From contig NW_026889764.1 of assembly GCF_033153115.1 (NCBI RefSeq), forward strand, positions 4,340,001-4,404,000: DNA of 64,000 nt, in the 5' to 3' direction. Below, one piece after another: positions 52,101-63,079 of the stretch. Origin of the DNA: Saccostrea echinata (lineage: Eukaryota). Position numbers and translations under genes: made by a program. The notes beneath the pieces are model-generated. The model did not search any database and was not told where the DNA came from. It was given only the letters and a program-made list of their open reading frames with translations. Every line of letters begins with the position of its first letter. Positions within the stretch are counted from its first letter, which is position 1.

Positions 52101-55100
52101 AATGTGTCTATTTAAAATGAAATAAGACTGTGTTTATTCCCATAATTTATATGAATTAAAAATATTCGAGGAAAAACTTTAAAAATTGATTTATGTGTAA
52201 GACGTTTTTACAGTGCAAAAAGGTTAAACTAAATGCTCTGTAGCGCCAAAAGAAGCACATTGACTCCCATTTTTTGTTTTGATTTTTAACTAAGCTATGT
52301 GTTTAAATTCTAAAAATATACTTGATAAAAAAAATCTCATTACTTTTGATGGCAGGATCCAACCACCTTAAGGTCTTTATTTCTTTGTGCCATACAAGGC
52401 ATCATAGTACATGTAATTACTGAATATACACTACGTACAGGCAAAATATTACATGGTACAACAATGTGAGAGTGAGCGTAATAAACAAGTAACAAATACA
52501 TAGAACATGTTATATCAGGTCATTGTAATTATGAAACTCTTAACAATTAGAATAACGGATCTGATTCCAGGGAGAAAAGCAAACAACCGACACCAGTTTA
52601 TACATGTACCTCCAATAAGACCACTTATTTTGACCTTGATTTTTTTTTTTTATATCTACATGTAGTACTCAAAAATCGCCGCCAATTCCTTACCGATTAT
52701 CATGCTATTTTCGTGAAATAGATCTCTCTCAAGATATAGTTATTTGCCAGAAACAAAAGCAGTGTATGAAATTTGTATTGTTAGAAACAAGTTTTTTATA
52801 ACCATGCCTAATTTAAGCATAACTTAACTTGGGAGCGGTTGTATTGTTTGTTTGTTGTTTAACCTCCCCCCTCGAGAATGTTTTCGCTCATATGGAGACG
52901 CCACCATTTGCCGGTGGAGGGTTGCAATACAAATTTAGACGTATACTAGGAACTCAGGGCCATAGAGCAGTGAGGGATCTTTGTCGTGACAGCACCTACT
53001 ACAACACGGGACCTCGGTTTATACGGTCTTATCCGAAGGACCGGTCTCCACATCCCGCACTGGGATTCGAACCCGCGACGTAAGGATCAACTCCTTACTT
53101 CGAGACTCTAGAGCTGACGCTCTAGAACACTGCGACATGAGGGCGACTAAAGCGGTTGTAATATAAGAAAAAAATATTTTTGTCCTATTTATAATTTTTG
53201 CGGTTTGCACAGAATTATGGATATCCTTCCATATTATTTTCATTATGTTAACTCATTACCTCTATTGCTAAACAGAAACTGTTATATAAAAATTATATAG
53301 TTTTTTTTCATTTTAGGGAGGATGTATTCTTGCTCTTTTATTCACACTAATATTTCGAGGCAACCATGTTGTAGCATACTTTGGCACATGCGTATTTGGA
53401 CTCTTTCTAAGCAGCATGTCGCCAACCATTATGTCACTGACGGAACAATTTATTGACATCAATGGTGAGTCTTAATACGTTTATAATGTCTTATCTAAGT
53501 CCCCGTCAACTTCTTTCAGTGCAAAATCAGTCATAACGATTATCTGATTTTGAAAATAATATGAGTTTGTATGATTCGTTTGATTAGTTCCTAAAATTAA
53601 TTTCCAAGGAAGAAAAATCATGTTTAAATTATGGGTAATTGGAAAATGTTCCTTAATGTACGCATTTGAAGTTGAAAAATAATTTTGATTTGATTTGATT
53701 TTTCAGCTCCAATAGCGTCATGTCTGGTAGTTAGTGCGGCCCTTGGTGAAACACTCTGTCCAGTGATTGTAGGCAACGTAAGTCAACCGAAAATGTACTA
53801 AAAATAGTCATGAAATTAACCAATCGATGTCTCTTCGAGTTTTACATTTAACTGTTGAGAATTTTTTGTGTTCAGTTTTAGAGTTCTTCAATATTCTCTA
53901 AGAACCCTTAGTAGCCAGCCATCAATCTGCTTGTCTCGGATGCAGATAATAAAGTTTATTTTACATTAGACAAGAGACAATATGTCATGCACGGTGCTAT
54001 TAACTAATAAATGGAACTGACAGCTCACGATCATTGTATGGATTGTTTTATTGTACTCAGTTGCATTCATAAGTCCAAGATATTTTTACCTATCAGTCAA
54101 TTTATAAGGGAAAATAAATCTTAAAAGCAGCAAGCATTGTATTTGCTTTTCCCATTGATTGCAGATTTGTTGCTAGCAAAACAAAGTAGGCTTGAGACAA
54201 ACCGAAAGGATATAAAGTATAAAAGAATTTTTTCGTTGTTTCTAATCGGTAAATGAATAATACACGCTTTGAGACTTGTTTGCTGGTCACTAGGTCTAGT
54301 TGTACCATATCCCTTGTACGTTTTCCTCNNNNNNNNNNNNNNNNNNNNNNNNNNNNNNNNNNNNNNNNNNNNNNNNNNNNNNNNNNNNNNNNNNNNNNNN
54401 NNNNNNNNNNNNNNNNNNNNNNNNNNNNNNNNNNNNNNNNNNNNNNNNNNNNNNNNNNNNNNNNNNNNNNNNNNNNNNNNNNNNNNNNNNNNNNNNNNNN
54501 NNNNNNNNNNNNNNNNNNNNNNNNNNNNNNNNNNNNNNATTTTTAAATATCTACAAAGTCTTGCATCTTCTGTTTTGGTCATATCACCCCTCTGAGGATA
54601 ATATTTTATTGACATTTTTGCTACATACTGAAAAATGTGTAAACTGTCATTATCGACAACTCCAAAGATTTTAAGATTTGAAAAATTCCAGTGATCTCTC
54701 GTGATGTGGGACTGTACGTATTGCCGAAAACAATTTATTTTTTTATTTTCAACGATTCTTTAAGGCAATCCTTCAATGAAGCGTAATCACATAAATGCTA
54801 TTTTGACAATTACTTACAAGGGTCTATAAAAAATCAACAGCGTTTTAATTTATATATAAGTAGTCATCTTGTTCACAGCTTTTTGTAGCAGCTGGCCCCC
54901 CAAGTTTCCTAGTATTCTGTTTTGTGATCGCCGTACTATCAGGAATTCTGTTTGGTGCTCTTTACTTTTTTGGCAGAAATACTCCAAAATACAGAGGTTT
55001 GTGGCAAATCATTAATAAAAGATAACACTATATATATAAATATCTTTTAATAAATATATAACGGTCTTAATTAATATGCTGTAAGTAACAAAGTGTACAT

Positions 55101-55533
55101 TGTAAATTTACATCACAATGCATTGATATTATTTTGAAATATAAAAAATTGAAATCTGCTTATAATTTCCTGTTTCCTGTGAATTTATTGCAATTCATTT
55201 ATTGAGAATATAAATACAAAACAGCAGTGTATTTACACTGCTTAACTTTCTGGCAAAGTTCCAGAAAAATGAAAATCAGCATTAATATACTGTTTAAGAA
55301 AGGGGTTCATCTTACGAGTTTGTGAATTATTCTTTTTTTTCTGCAAATACACAGGACTGAAGCCAGGATCCTTTATCTGGATAACAAAGTTCGGAAACCC
55401 CAAGGAAGAAACGAATCCATTTAAACCCATATCTGTCAGATATTATTCAGAAAAGGATGAATATAAAAGGCATTCCCCAGAAGGGGAAATATCAGAATTT
55501 CCAAAGAATTTCAATGAAAATGAGAAACAATAA
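30361..55533 (+). CDS. MFSD4A: MFSD4A-like major facilitator superfamily transporter; 11 coding exons, 1650 nt, 549 aa
   Basis: join(30361-30662,46294-46492,46646-46870,47292-47415,48168-48277,48605-48697,49330-49410,53317-53464,53707-53777,54879-54996,55355-55533). All introns GT-AG, phases match, no internal stop. Motifs FGSFGMGVAILGPTLFDLGCQT..WVFF, MGCIDCVAN, FLQAMHFCYGLGAFISP and FWGTFALGR resemble vertebrate MFSD4A as recalled. Confidence 0.9.
32775..32817. repeat. (CT)n microsatellite
   Basis: About 21 CT units. Confidence 0.97.
32935..33264. mobile_element. MITE whose interior is a 30-bp minisatellite
   Basis: TIR CCCTAACAAAAAAA / TTTTTTTGTTAGGG enclosing about 9 copies of CTTTGATTTACTATAGTGATAACTTTGACA. 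Confidence 0.8.
34021..34550 (-). mobile_element. Penelope-like RT C-terminal and 3' tail fragment, antisense in intron 1
   Basis: Minus-strand DKRDDFSFSIFNFPYLC.NI....AYGVYVSQLIRYARA plus the conserved tail. Confidence 0.82.
34746..35038 (+). mobile_element. Full-length tRNA-derived SINE (long-variable-arm, Leu/Ser-like head; Deu/Nin-like core)
   Basis: Box A TGGCGCAGTGG, box B GGTTCGAATCC, core GTCCTTCGGATGAGAC..AAACCGAGGTCC, (ACAA) tail and 14-bp TSD AAATACAATTTTAA. Confidence 0.93.
41650..42220 (-). mobile_element. Penelope-like RT C-terminal fragment, antisense in intron 1
   Basis: Minus-strand DSIY..QLKIKNTSESDTS.SY and LIRYART..QYLDRSRLLSN.LM.QGYQQSRL. Confidence 0.78.
42275..42956 (+). 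mobile_element. Diverged tRNA-derived SINE split by a MITE
   Basis: Head and body 42275-42534; tail 42887-42956 (CATATGAGTGGAAATTTT..(CAAT)n). Confidence 0.8.
42535..42886. mobile_element. Tc1/mariner-type MITE inserted in the SINE
   Basis: TA|CTGTATAGGGG...CCCCTGTACAG|TA. Removing it restores SINE sequence CACTGGTATATGATGAC. Confidence 0.85.
44380..44702 (-). mobile_element. HINE/Helentron-like 5' fragment
   Basis: Minus strand begins TTATTAGGTCCC..CTTATAGGTTTCCTCTCC, followed by a (GTCT/GTCC) microsatellite. Confidence 0.5.
46078..46163. repeat. (TA)n microsatellite followed by degenerate (CAAT)n upstream of exon 2
   Basis: About 42 TA units. Confidence 0.97.
46294..46492 (+). CDS. MFSD4A: MFSD4A-like exon 2
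   Basis: TATAG|A TTT GTC..; FVPVHVLMLIG..MGCIDCVANLRMILRFGTNVSPFLQ|GTAAG. Confidence 0.92.
46646..46870 (+). CDS. MFSD4A: MFSD4A-like exon 3
   Basis: TCTAG|AMHFCYGLGAFISPMIAAPF...FFILASIQ|GTAAG. Confidence 0.92.
47292..47415 (+). CDS. MFSD4A: MFSD4A-like exon 4
   Basis: GACAG|FFFTAIVIVVIILEKK...ESSDQ A|GTAAG; phases 0-1. Confidence 0.8.
48168..48277 (+). CDS. MFSD4A: MFSD4A-like exon 5
   Basis: TTCAG|..MRDISG..SLFFYDGLQ|GTGCGT; phases 1-0. Confidence 0.88.
48605..48697 (+). CDS. MFSD4A: MFSD4A-like exon 6
   Basis: GACAG|SSYADYIYSFAV..GAYLNACFW|GTAAGT. Confidence 0.9.
49330..49410 (+). CDS. MFSD4A: MFSD4A-like exon 7
   Basis: TTACAG|GTFALGRLIAIPCATRLTAAFMLTCNL|GTATGT. Confidence 0.9.
49400..50546 (+). 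repeat. 41-bp minisatellite (~12 units) derived from the exon 7/intron 7 junction, split by a MITE
   Basis: Unit CCTGTAACTTAGTATGTATTGATT(G/C)ATACTACTGTAGCTAA; the first copy begins inside exon 7. Confidence 0.92.
49568..50215. mobile_element. PIF/Harbinger-like MITE
   Basis: CTG|TAGCCCTTTTCACAAAAAATCTTAAG...CTTAAGATTTTTTGTGAAAAGGGCTA|CTG; perfect 26-bp TIR and 3-bp CWG TSD. Confidence 0.88.
51354..52367. mobile_element. Degenerate TTAA-type transposon remnant
   Basis: Right end TTTTGATGGCAGGATCCAACCACC|TTAA. Only a partial left match (GGGATGCCATCA). Confidence 0.35.
52844..53147 (-). mobile_element. Full-length tRNA-derived SINE, same subfamily as 34746
   Basis: Reverse complement of the 34746 element; TSD AGCGGTTGTA. 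Confidence 0.92.
53317..53464 (+). CDS. MFSD4A: MFSD4A-like exon 8
   Basis: TTTTAG|GGCILALLF..GTCVFGLFLSSMSPTIMSLTEQFIDIN G|GTGAGT. Confidence 0.92.
53707..53777 (+). CDS. MFSD4A: MFSD4A-like exon 9
   Basis: TTTCAG|APIASCLVVSAALGETLCPVIVGN|GTAAGT. Confidence 0.92.
54329..54538. other. Assembly gap (210 N) in intron 9
   Basis: Run of N. Confidence 0.99.
54879..54996 (+). CDS. MFSD4A: MFSD4A-like exon 10
   Basis: CACAG|LFVAAGPPSFLVFCFVIAVLSGILFGALYFFGRNTPKYR G|GTTTGT. Confidence 0.9.
55355..55533 (+). CDS. MFSD4A: MFSD4A-like terminal coding exon 11
   Basis: ACACAG|GLKPGSFIWITKFG...NENEKQ TAA. AATAAA downstream at ~55687 and ~55903. Confidence 0.82.
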
Positions 55534-58289
55534 TGACAAGGTTGTTTTTTTTTCATTTTATGAAGAATCGACTGCATGTGCATGTAAAAAAAACCGTGTT
55601 GATGTGCATGGATTCTACCATCTCAGAAGAGATTTCAAACACTTTGATATTCCATTGAGGAATTATTAAACAGTAATGAAAGACAAAATAAAAAAAAAAC
55701 AGACCAAGTAATTATTTTGTTTGAATTTTTATACTTAGAAAATTAATAAGATCGACATGTTTTTCTCCCTGAATTGTTAGCAGTGATTTTTGAACATTGA
55801 GATATTTGGAGACAAATGCAATGGGTGTCCTAAAATATTTGATACCTTTTGAAAGTCATATGAAATGACAATATTTGGTCAAAACTTTGAACTTATGTCT
55901 GAAATAAAAGTAACATAATGTTTTAAACGATTTTAATATTTCTTTTGAATTATTATGTCAAAAATGATATTATTATACAGAGATACATAGCAGTAAATTG
56001 AACCGAGGAGAAATGCAGCAGGTTGTTTATTTGAACAGCAGGTACACATAATATTCCGTGTAATAATATGTAAACATTACAATGCATTGGCTCAATATTA
56101 ACTTGTCTAGGGGTAAACAAAAGAAAGTGTTGTAATATACAAAATAATGATGACTAGAATATTCATACGTTACAAAGCACTTGTTGCGTGGACCCTGAGG
56201 TCCACGCAGAAAATATATAAGTGGAAGTTAAACCGGATGCCATGGGCTTACGTCAGGCTACCCATGCGCGAGAATGCTAGAGAGTTCGCCTCTAAGTCAA
56301 CTTGCCCTTAGAACAAATCGCCCTCTTCGAATTAGAATATGCCAATGGCAAACCTCGCTCTAAAATCTGCACATCGTATTTATTTATTCTTTGGCGTAAC
56401 CAATATCTGAATTTCTCTTTAATACATATATCCTTATATACAAACCAAATTCTATGGTACAAGCATTTTAAATAAGTAGGAAAAACTTATATAGATAGCT
56501 TAACAGCTTGAACATGTTGAATTAAAAACTTAATTCAACTACTAGGTTTTAAAAGATTTACCGGCATTAGTTTTGTGCATCAAGGTTCGCAAAATAATTT
56601 GATTGACAGCAATCCAAATATAGCTTGATAGAGGTTTTTCCATGTAGGGCAGAGGGAGAAACATAAAAAAGATCTGCGCACGACACATCTGTGCTACCTG
56701 TGTACCATCTATCTTTCCATAGGCTATCTTCCGTATAAATCTAGTGTAGATGTTAAGTCCCTTACATGTATCGAAATAGCTCGATTTTTTAAAATGACGA
56801 AAGTGTAGGCCAATCGGGAAGAAAATTTAACAACTTTGCTATGAAAGTACAATCACTCAAAGTAGGCAGTTCATTGTAGAAAATGTAATAACCAATGAAC
56901 TCGTCCATGGATGCATTGACGGTCGTTGTAACAAGAATAGATATGGTTTACCCCATATCCAAGATATTCGACTTTCAATTTACTCCAATTTTCACTAGAA
57001 AAAAAAATGCACGTTATGAAACTGGTGTATAGTTCTTCATGTCCGTAGCAAAAACTGTCACCGGTCTAAGCGTCACCAACAAACAGTGCACACACCTGTG
57101 CTTGCAAGACCAAATAGCCCAGGTCTACACAAGTGCGATGAGATTGTCAATCGCATCTTCTCAGACCTTCTGGCGAACTCGGAAAAACACGTTGTTTTGC
57201 CGAGAAGTTACGATTGCAGGTGTTGTACATTAACCATTCCATTATTTAAAAGAAACGGAGAAAACACACACACACACACAAAATATTTTTTTTTTTGTGT
57301 TTTTAAATTGATCGAGTTAATCGAAAACCTAGCATTGTTTTAAATAACTCGAGACCCTCTAGTGCCGAGACCCTCTAGTGCTTCAGTACAGGGTCGGATT
57401 CAGCAGTTTTTGAAAAGGGGGGGGGGTTCTAGGTCACACTGCAGGCACTTATATTCAAGTCCGTAGCAACAGTTTTCAAAGGGGACAACCTCCAAAAAGA
57501 GTTGACAAGCAACAAAAAATAAATAAATTAAAATAACAACACCGTAAAATCCTATTTCGGGGGGAGGGAGCTTCGTCTAAACTTTTCGGTACATTTTGAT
57601 TTCTTTTAAATGTCTGATTGTCCGTATTTTGAACCTTCCCGCAACAAAAAGTGCGGGGGAGCCTCCACTGCAAATCAAAACATATATTCAAATTATAACA
57701 AAAGATTATTTTTTAAGAAAAAGTGTTCCCCCCTCCCCAACAACCTTTCTCTTTATTGATTAAAATATCCCCATGACATAAGGAGAAAAATATTCTCTTA
57801 TGCATACTCCCTTTCATGACCTTTTATGCATACTTTTTAAAGTTAGTTACTTCAGAGGATGGTCCAAAAAATAGCTATGTACGTTCGCCGGAATCTTCCG
57901 ATGATATCGAAGTGAGATCTTTCATGTTACGTGTGGGTGGTCGAGGCCCGGGGCCGGGGTTGTGAAAGTACAAGGAGAAAAGCAATAAGCAAAACTCTAT
58001 CTAGAGAGTAGAAAGGGCAGAAATTGAAGTACTTAATATTTTATTGAAAATACTAGACGTAAAAATATCTATATTACAGAAAAAAACACACTCTCTCTCC
58101 TCCTCTTTCTGCAAAAATAAATGGGGTTACAACATCCGACCCCCCCCCCTTTTCCCGGATCCGCCAACGGAGTTACAATTCAACCATTACGACACCTGCA
58201 CGCTTAGGCCTCTTTTAATTCTGTTGTTGATTTTAAAGGCTACTTTACCAGTGTTTACAATTGTGATAGATACCTAGATCAACATTTCA

Positions 58290-58379
58290 CAATCTAATTA
58301 AAATCAAATGTTCCGAATCCGCTACTGCTTCTTTTGAGAAGCGGTAGCGGATTCGGAACATCTAATTTTAATTAGATTG
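58290..58379. mobile_element. 90-bp near-perfect hairpin element with 9-bp TSD (Mutator-like miniature)
   Basis: AACATTTCA|CAATCTAATTAAAAT..GTTCCGAATCCGCTAC.GCTTCT / AGAAGC.GTAGCGGATTCGGAAC..ATTTTAATTAGATTG|AACATTTCA. Confidence 0.85.
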
Positions 58380-59173
58380 AACATTTCATATTCACATAAT
58401 TTCAAGGTCATGGTTTTTTTTTTATCTTTACAGCCTAATTAAGCAAATTTGAATAGCGATGAAAATTACAAGATACATGTAAAAAATAATTAAATTTAAT
58501 TACACCTTTGTAAAATCACTAAATCTAGAAATTTTCTTTGAATTTCGTGTAAAACACATGCATATGGTCCACGTATTGCAGTCCTTTTTTAAAGGACAAC
58601 AACTTGTCGTCTTATTAGTCAGTCCACGGGCTGACTAGTTACGGTGGGATGAAACTGCAACTGCGCTTGCGTAATTTGGAATTCTGGGAAAAAGATGTAC
58701 AACACTTGTTCTAAGGAAACTCGTGCTATCTGCTCCAACCAAAGGGCGTGATTCTTCACAAACACCCTCTAAACAAAGACGCGACCTCGATCTATTTATA
58801 AACTGCATTGTTCTTCGTCGTTCTCGGCGAAAAATTAAAGAAGAGATTGTTCTAAGTGGGAAATATGATACTATGAAAATATTTCAGTGCTTCTTATAGA
58901 AGATGAGAAGTTTATATGCAGAGCACATTTAACACTGGATATATATATTCCCTCAATCGCCGTTGCAAGTTCACGGATTTGTGTGTATTCCTCTGAATGA
59001 TTGATGCAAGACTCCCTCGATCAATACCTTGCATAAGACATGTACGGGTCGGAATTCACACAATATATCATTTATAGAATTTAACAGTAAAATTGAAAAT
59101 GTATACATTCTTCAACGTTCAATGATTGGGATCATTATAGTGGCTTTGTTCATTTCTGAGACGAACTTTATCT

Positions 59174-59307
59174 CATGGCCGTAGGAACCGGGGGGGGGGG
59201 GGGGGTGCTCCCCTTATAATTTTTCCGATATACATACTACTATAGAAAACATAGCTACTATATGCTTGTGCCCTCTCAATAAAAACGTCTGATGACCTTT
59301 TTATTTC

Positions 59308-59342
<35 letters not shown>

Positions 59343-59460
59343 ATCTATTTTTCTTTTTATGCTTGTCAAGGAATTTTTGGTAGTTAATAGTGCCCCTCCA
59401 ACTGAAAATGTATGGCTGTGCCCCCCCCCCCCCCAACTGAAATTGCTTCCTACGGGCCTG
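59174..59460. mobile_element. Short MITE with G/C tracts and 5-bp TSD
   Basis: TATCT|CATGGCCGTAGGAA...TTCCTACGGGCCTG|TATCT; relative of 14913..15126. Confidence 0.8.
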
Positions 59461-60251
59461 TATCTGATGTCCACGCCCAAGAGAAATTAATTGGGGGTCA
59501 TCATAAAGATCACGATGTAGTCTAACTAAAATTTATTCTATGCTTTATTATTTAAATGTACAGTATTATGTTACAAATAAGAAAACGACTGGGCAAATTT
59601 TAACTTGGACGACAATGACTTTTAATGAACACAACATGATGGATAAAACAAATCATATACCATCACAAAACAAGAAAGAAATTTTCTGTATTCCAGTGGC
59701 TGACTGTCAGCTTTTTTTAAAAGCTAACCTTGTAAATAACTAACGGCAACATGTTCCTAAGATGGTAATGCAAACCGGAAACCAAAAAGCGCACACTAAT
59801 GCTAAAACCAACAATGGTCAGAACCTTGGTATTCCGAATAATAAGCTATGCATTGTCAAAACTAATACTGGTAGTTGAAATAATAAAATTAAAAAAAAAC
59901 TAATTCATTTCTTTACATACACATTACAAGAAAATAGATAGCATAATATTATGTCAAATCATTAATCATAATCGATAGTTTTACATATTCCCACTATGGC
60001 GGAAAATCCCAACCTGTGACTAGACTGCGCTTCACTAAAAATGTAAAATATACAATTTAAAAGCTGTTTTGCATACAAAATAAAAATGTAAACAAATGAC
60101 GACAATCGCCTTACACAAAAGGCAAAAGAAACCCTACACACCTAAATGAACAAGCATGAAATCTCACCTAAAAAGAACAGAGAAGAAATGCAGCAGGTTG
60201 CATTCTATATTTAGAGGTCGCATCATCAAGCTAACACTAACCTCACACAGG

Positions 60252-60320
60252 TTGATGTGAGGATCACGTGACCTGGTGTACACATTGATGTGAGGATCAA
60301 GTGACCTGGTGTACACATTG
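60252..60320. repeat. 33-bp tandem duplication
   Basis: TTGATGTGAGGATCA(C/A)GTGACCTGGTGTACACA x2. Confidence 0.85.
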
Positions 60321-60759
60321 CAGCAGGTTGTTTATTTGAACAGCATATTTTTCTGTATGCTTCCGATTTCACATTCCGGAAAATCAAAGAGTTATCTCCC
60401 GTAAACCATAAAAAAATAATAGGGGTACCTGCAAACAACATTACTACAAATTGTTCCAGTAAATGTTCTACAAAGCCTCTTTCTTTACTCCTAAATAAAA
60501 TATTACATGTAACAGAGTGAAAGAGAAACTTCAGAAGTATTGTACTACAATATATTCGAAAAATGGTGTTAATCAGATGTGGATATTAAAACTCCAAGGA
60601 AGTTTTAAGAAAAATTGAATCACAAAATTTTACAAAAAATCAATAATATCAAAACACACGACCCTCAACACTTTATACAACCATTTCCCATGAAAAGTTC
60701 AGTGTTTTTGACATCATAGACATTAATTTGCTTTTTCAATAAAAGTGGAACTCTTAAAT

Positions 60760-62085
60760 TTACTAACCTTGTCATTGGTTATTTGAACAATTATTTTCAA
60801 AAAAAAAAAAAAAAAAAAAAAAAAATTCTGATTGTACACACAAGTACTCCAAAGTTGATATTAAAAAAAATGCTTGAGTTTCTGATTGACAATTGATTGA
60901 TTGATTGTATGTTGTTTAACGTCCCATTTGAGAATTTCTGACTCATATAAAGAAGTCACAGTATACCGGTGAAGGGCTTCAAATTTTGACTGTACTCGAC
61001 ACTCAGGGCTATTGAGCAGTGAAGCACGGGGCACGTGGCCTCGTTTTTTAAGGTCTCATCCGAAGGACCCGCAACTTTCACTTTAAAGTTCCGAGCGCAT
61101 GGCGAAGGAACGGTTGCTACCCATTTTTTATCGACTTAGGTCTGTCGCGGCCGAGATTCGAACCCACGATCTCCCGGTCACGGAGCGAGCGCTCTACCGA
61201 CCGAGCTACCGTGAACGGTTCTTATTGACAATATCTATGCAGTTCTTGGAGACCAAGTCTCTCAACAATCTGTCGGAATTCCCATAGGTACTAATTGCAC
61301 CTTGTTATTAGCAGACGTGTTTTTGTATTCATAAGGAGCATAATTTATTTAAAATCTTCCATATAAAAAGAAGAAGTCTCTTGCTGTGGCATTTGATTCA
61401 ACATTTAAATATAGCGACGACGTTTTATCAATAAACAATATTCATTTTGATTCCTACGTTGATTCGATATATCCCTTTCAACTCGAAATAAAACATGCGA
61501 CAGAATCTGAGATGTCTGCTTCATATTTGGATATATTTTACTTGAAAAAGACGGTGATGGTAACTTATCAACAAAACTTTATGATAAATGTGATTACTTC
61601 AACTTTTCTATCGTCAACTTCACTTATTTATGTAGCAATATACGTGTACCATTATCACCTGTGGAGTAATGTCTCCTAGTTAATTCGATATGGAGAACAT
61701 GCTCTACGTACGAACATTTTCTAAATTGGGGCAAGCTATTGACAAATAAGTTGATAAAACAAGAATATCATCAGTCTTATTTAAAGTTTATATTTGTCAA
61801 ATCCTATGGTTGATACAAAGACCTTGTCAGCAAATACACTCTATCAATAAATCAAATTTTTTCACACAAATTGTTAGGCCATTATTTTTTACGGAATTGT
61901 CTACGGATTTTTCGTTTCCCCTTTCATGACAAGGAGCACAGTGCGATTGTGACCGGTAAACAGGGATTGTTTACTCTTCCATGGCATCTAATCCCACATC
62001 TTATGTTTTTAGAGGTCCATATTTGCTCTGCTCCAAATCTGTTTTGTTTTGTGCTCGATTACTGTTTGTTATCTTGATATTTCAT
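60760..62085 (+). mobile_element. Penelope-like element 3' half (degenerate RT and tail), interrupted by a SINE
   Basis: MLEFLIDN|IY..GDQV.QQSVGIPIGTNC..LLAD.FLY..LAVAFDSTFKYSDDVLSINN..YVDSIYP.QLEIK.ATESE.SASYLD (RT YxDD region), then the conserved tail. Confidence 0.88.
60894..61219 (-). mobile_element. tRNA-derived SINE (short-arm head; Deu/Nin-like core)
   Basis: Near-identical reverse complement of 63080..63429; 14-bp TSD TTCT(G/T)ATTGACAAT. Confidence 0.93.
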
Positions 62086-62639
62086 TAAAAAACCCAAATC
62101 GTTTATCTTGCAAGGTGAAAAAAGCAACAGAATGGGCTGCTTTGAGTTCAATAGAGGTAATAATGCCTTTTTTTGAACACTAAGATGGTTATCTTGAGAC
62201 GACCTGCGAAGTCACCGAGCTGAAAGGAACATTATGCATGTATACCTTATCTTCTAAAACTGCAAATATTTGACCCCCTGTGACCGTACATAGTGTCTCA
62301 GTGAATTTATTGCTGTCCATTTCAGTTAATATATTGCTGTCCATCGGCACTTACTGTCGCCAGCAGAGAAATATATACACGTACATACTGTACAAAATAT
62401 CGTACAAAATGTGCCTATACTTACTCCACATATTGTCCCCCTACAGTAAGAGATACTTAATTTATTCCTTTTTAGTTTCGCGAACATTATATCTCATGAA
62501 AACTGGAGGTATAATTTTCAATTTGAATACAGTTTTAATGTATACTCAAGCACACACACAGAGAAAGAATATTGCGCTAGAGTGCGTTTCCTTAAAAATA
62601 CATACACGTCAAGTGTGTATGACTTTCTGTTTACATGGT

Positions 62640-63079
62640 CTTTATTTCTATAAATCTTATTTGAAACACAAGAGAATACCCCATTTTTTACACCAAGGCA
62701 AGCTACTGACAAATAAGTTCATGTAACAGGGATTTGCCATCTCGTTCATTGTAGCATTTCGAAAATTCTATGATCCTTATGATGACATTATTTGCTAATA
62801 AAACCTATCGTTGGGTCGTATTTTGACTGATATGGTTCATACATATTGTTAGGCCTTTGTTTTTATGCTAAATTTTGTTACGGTTTACTCTGTCTACCTG
62901 ATCAATACAAAAGGATCACGGCGGATGTGACGGGTCGAGAGAGAATGTTTAATCCTCCTTGGCATCTGATCCCACCTCTAGAGTTTTGATGGGTTCGTGT
63001 TTTATCCCTGTTCACGGATTCTAATTGTTTTAAAGAAATTTGAGATAGATCACTTGTTCGTTATCTTCACTCTTTCCAT
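62640..63079 (+). mobile_element. Penelope-like 3' fragment
   Basis: FL.QGKLLTNK..QGF..AFRKFY..YDD..LSLGRILTD plus the conserved tail. Confidence 0.78.

Noticed and set aside
54121-54674. ORFs of 97-164 aa in the ORF track
   Set aside because: Artefacts of translating through the 210-N gap.
57039-57343. GC-richer overlapping ORFs downstream of the transporter gene
   Set aside because: No recognisable motif or consistent splice structure; probably a repeat remnant.
62280-62726. 148-aa ORF
   Set aside because: GTG start and low-information AT-rich composition; only the final residues derive from a Penelope remnant.
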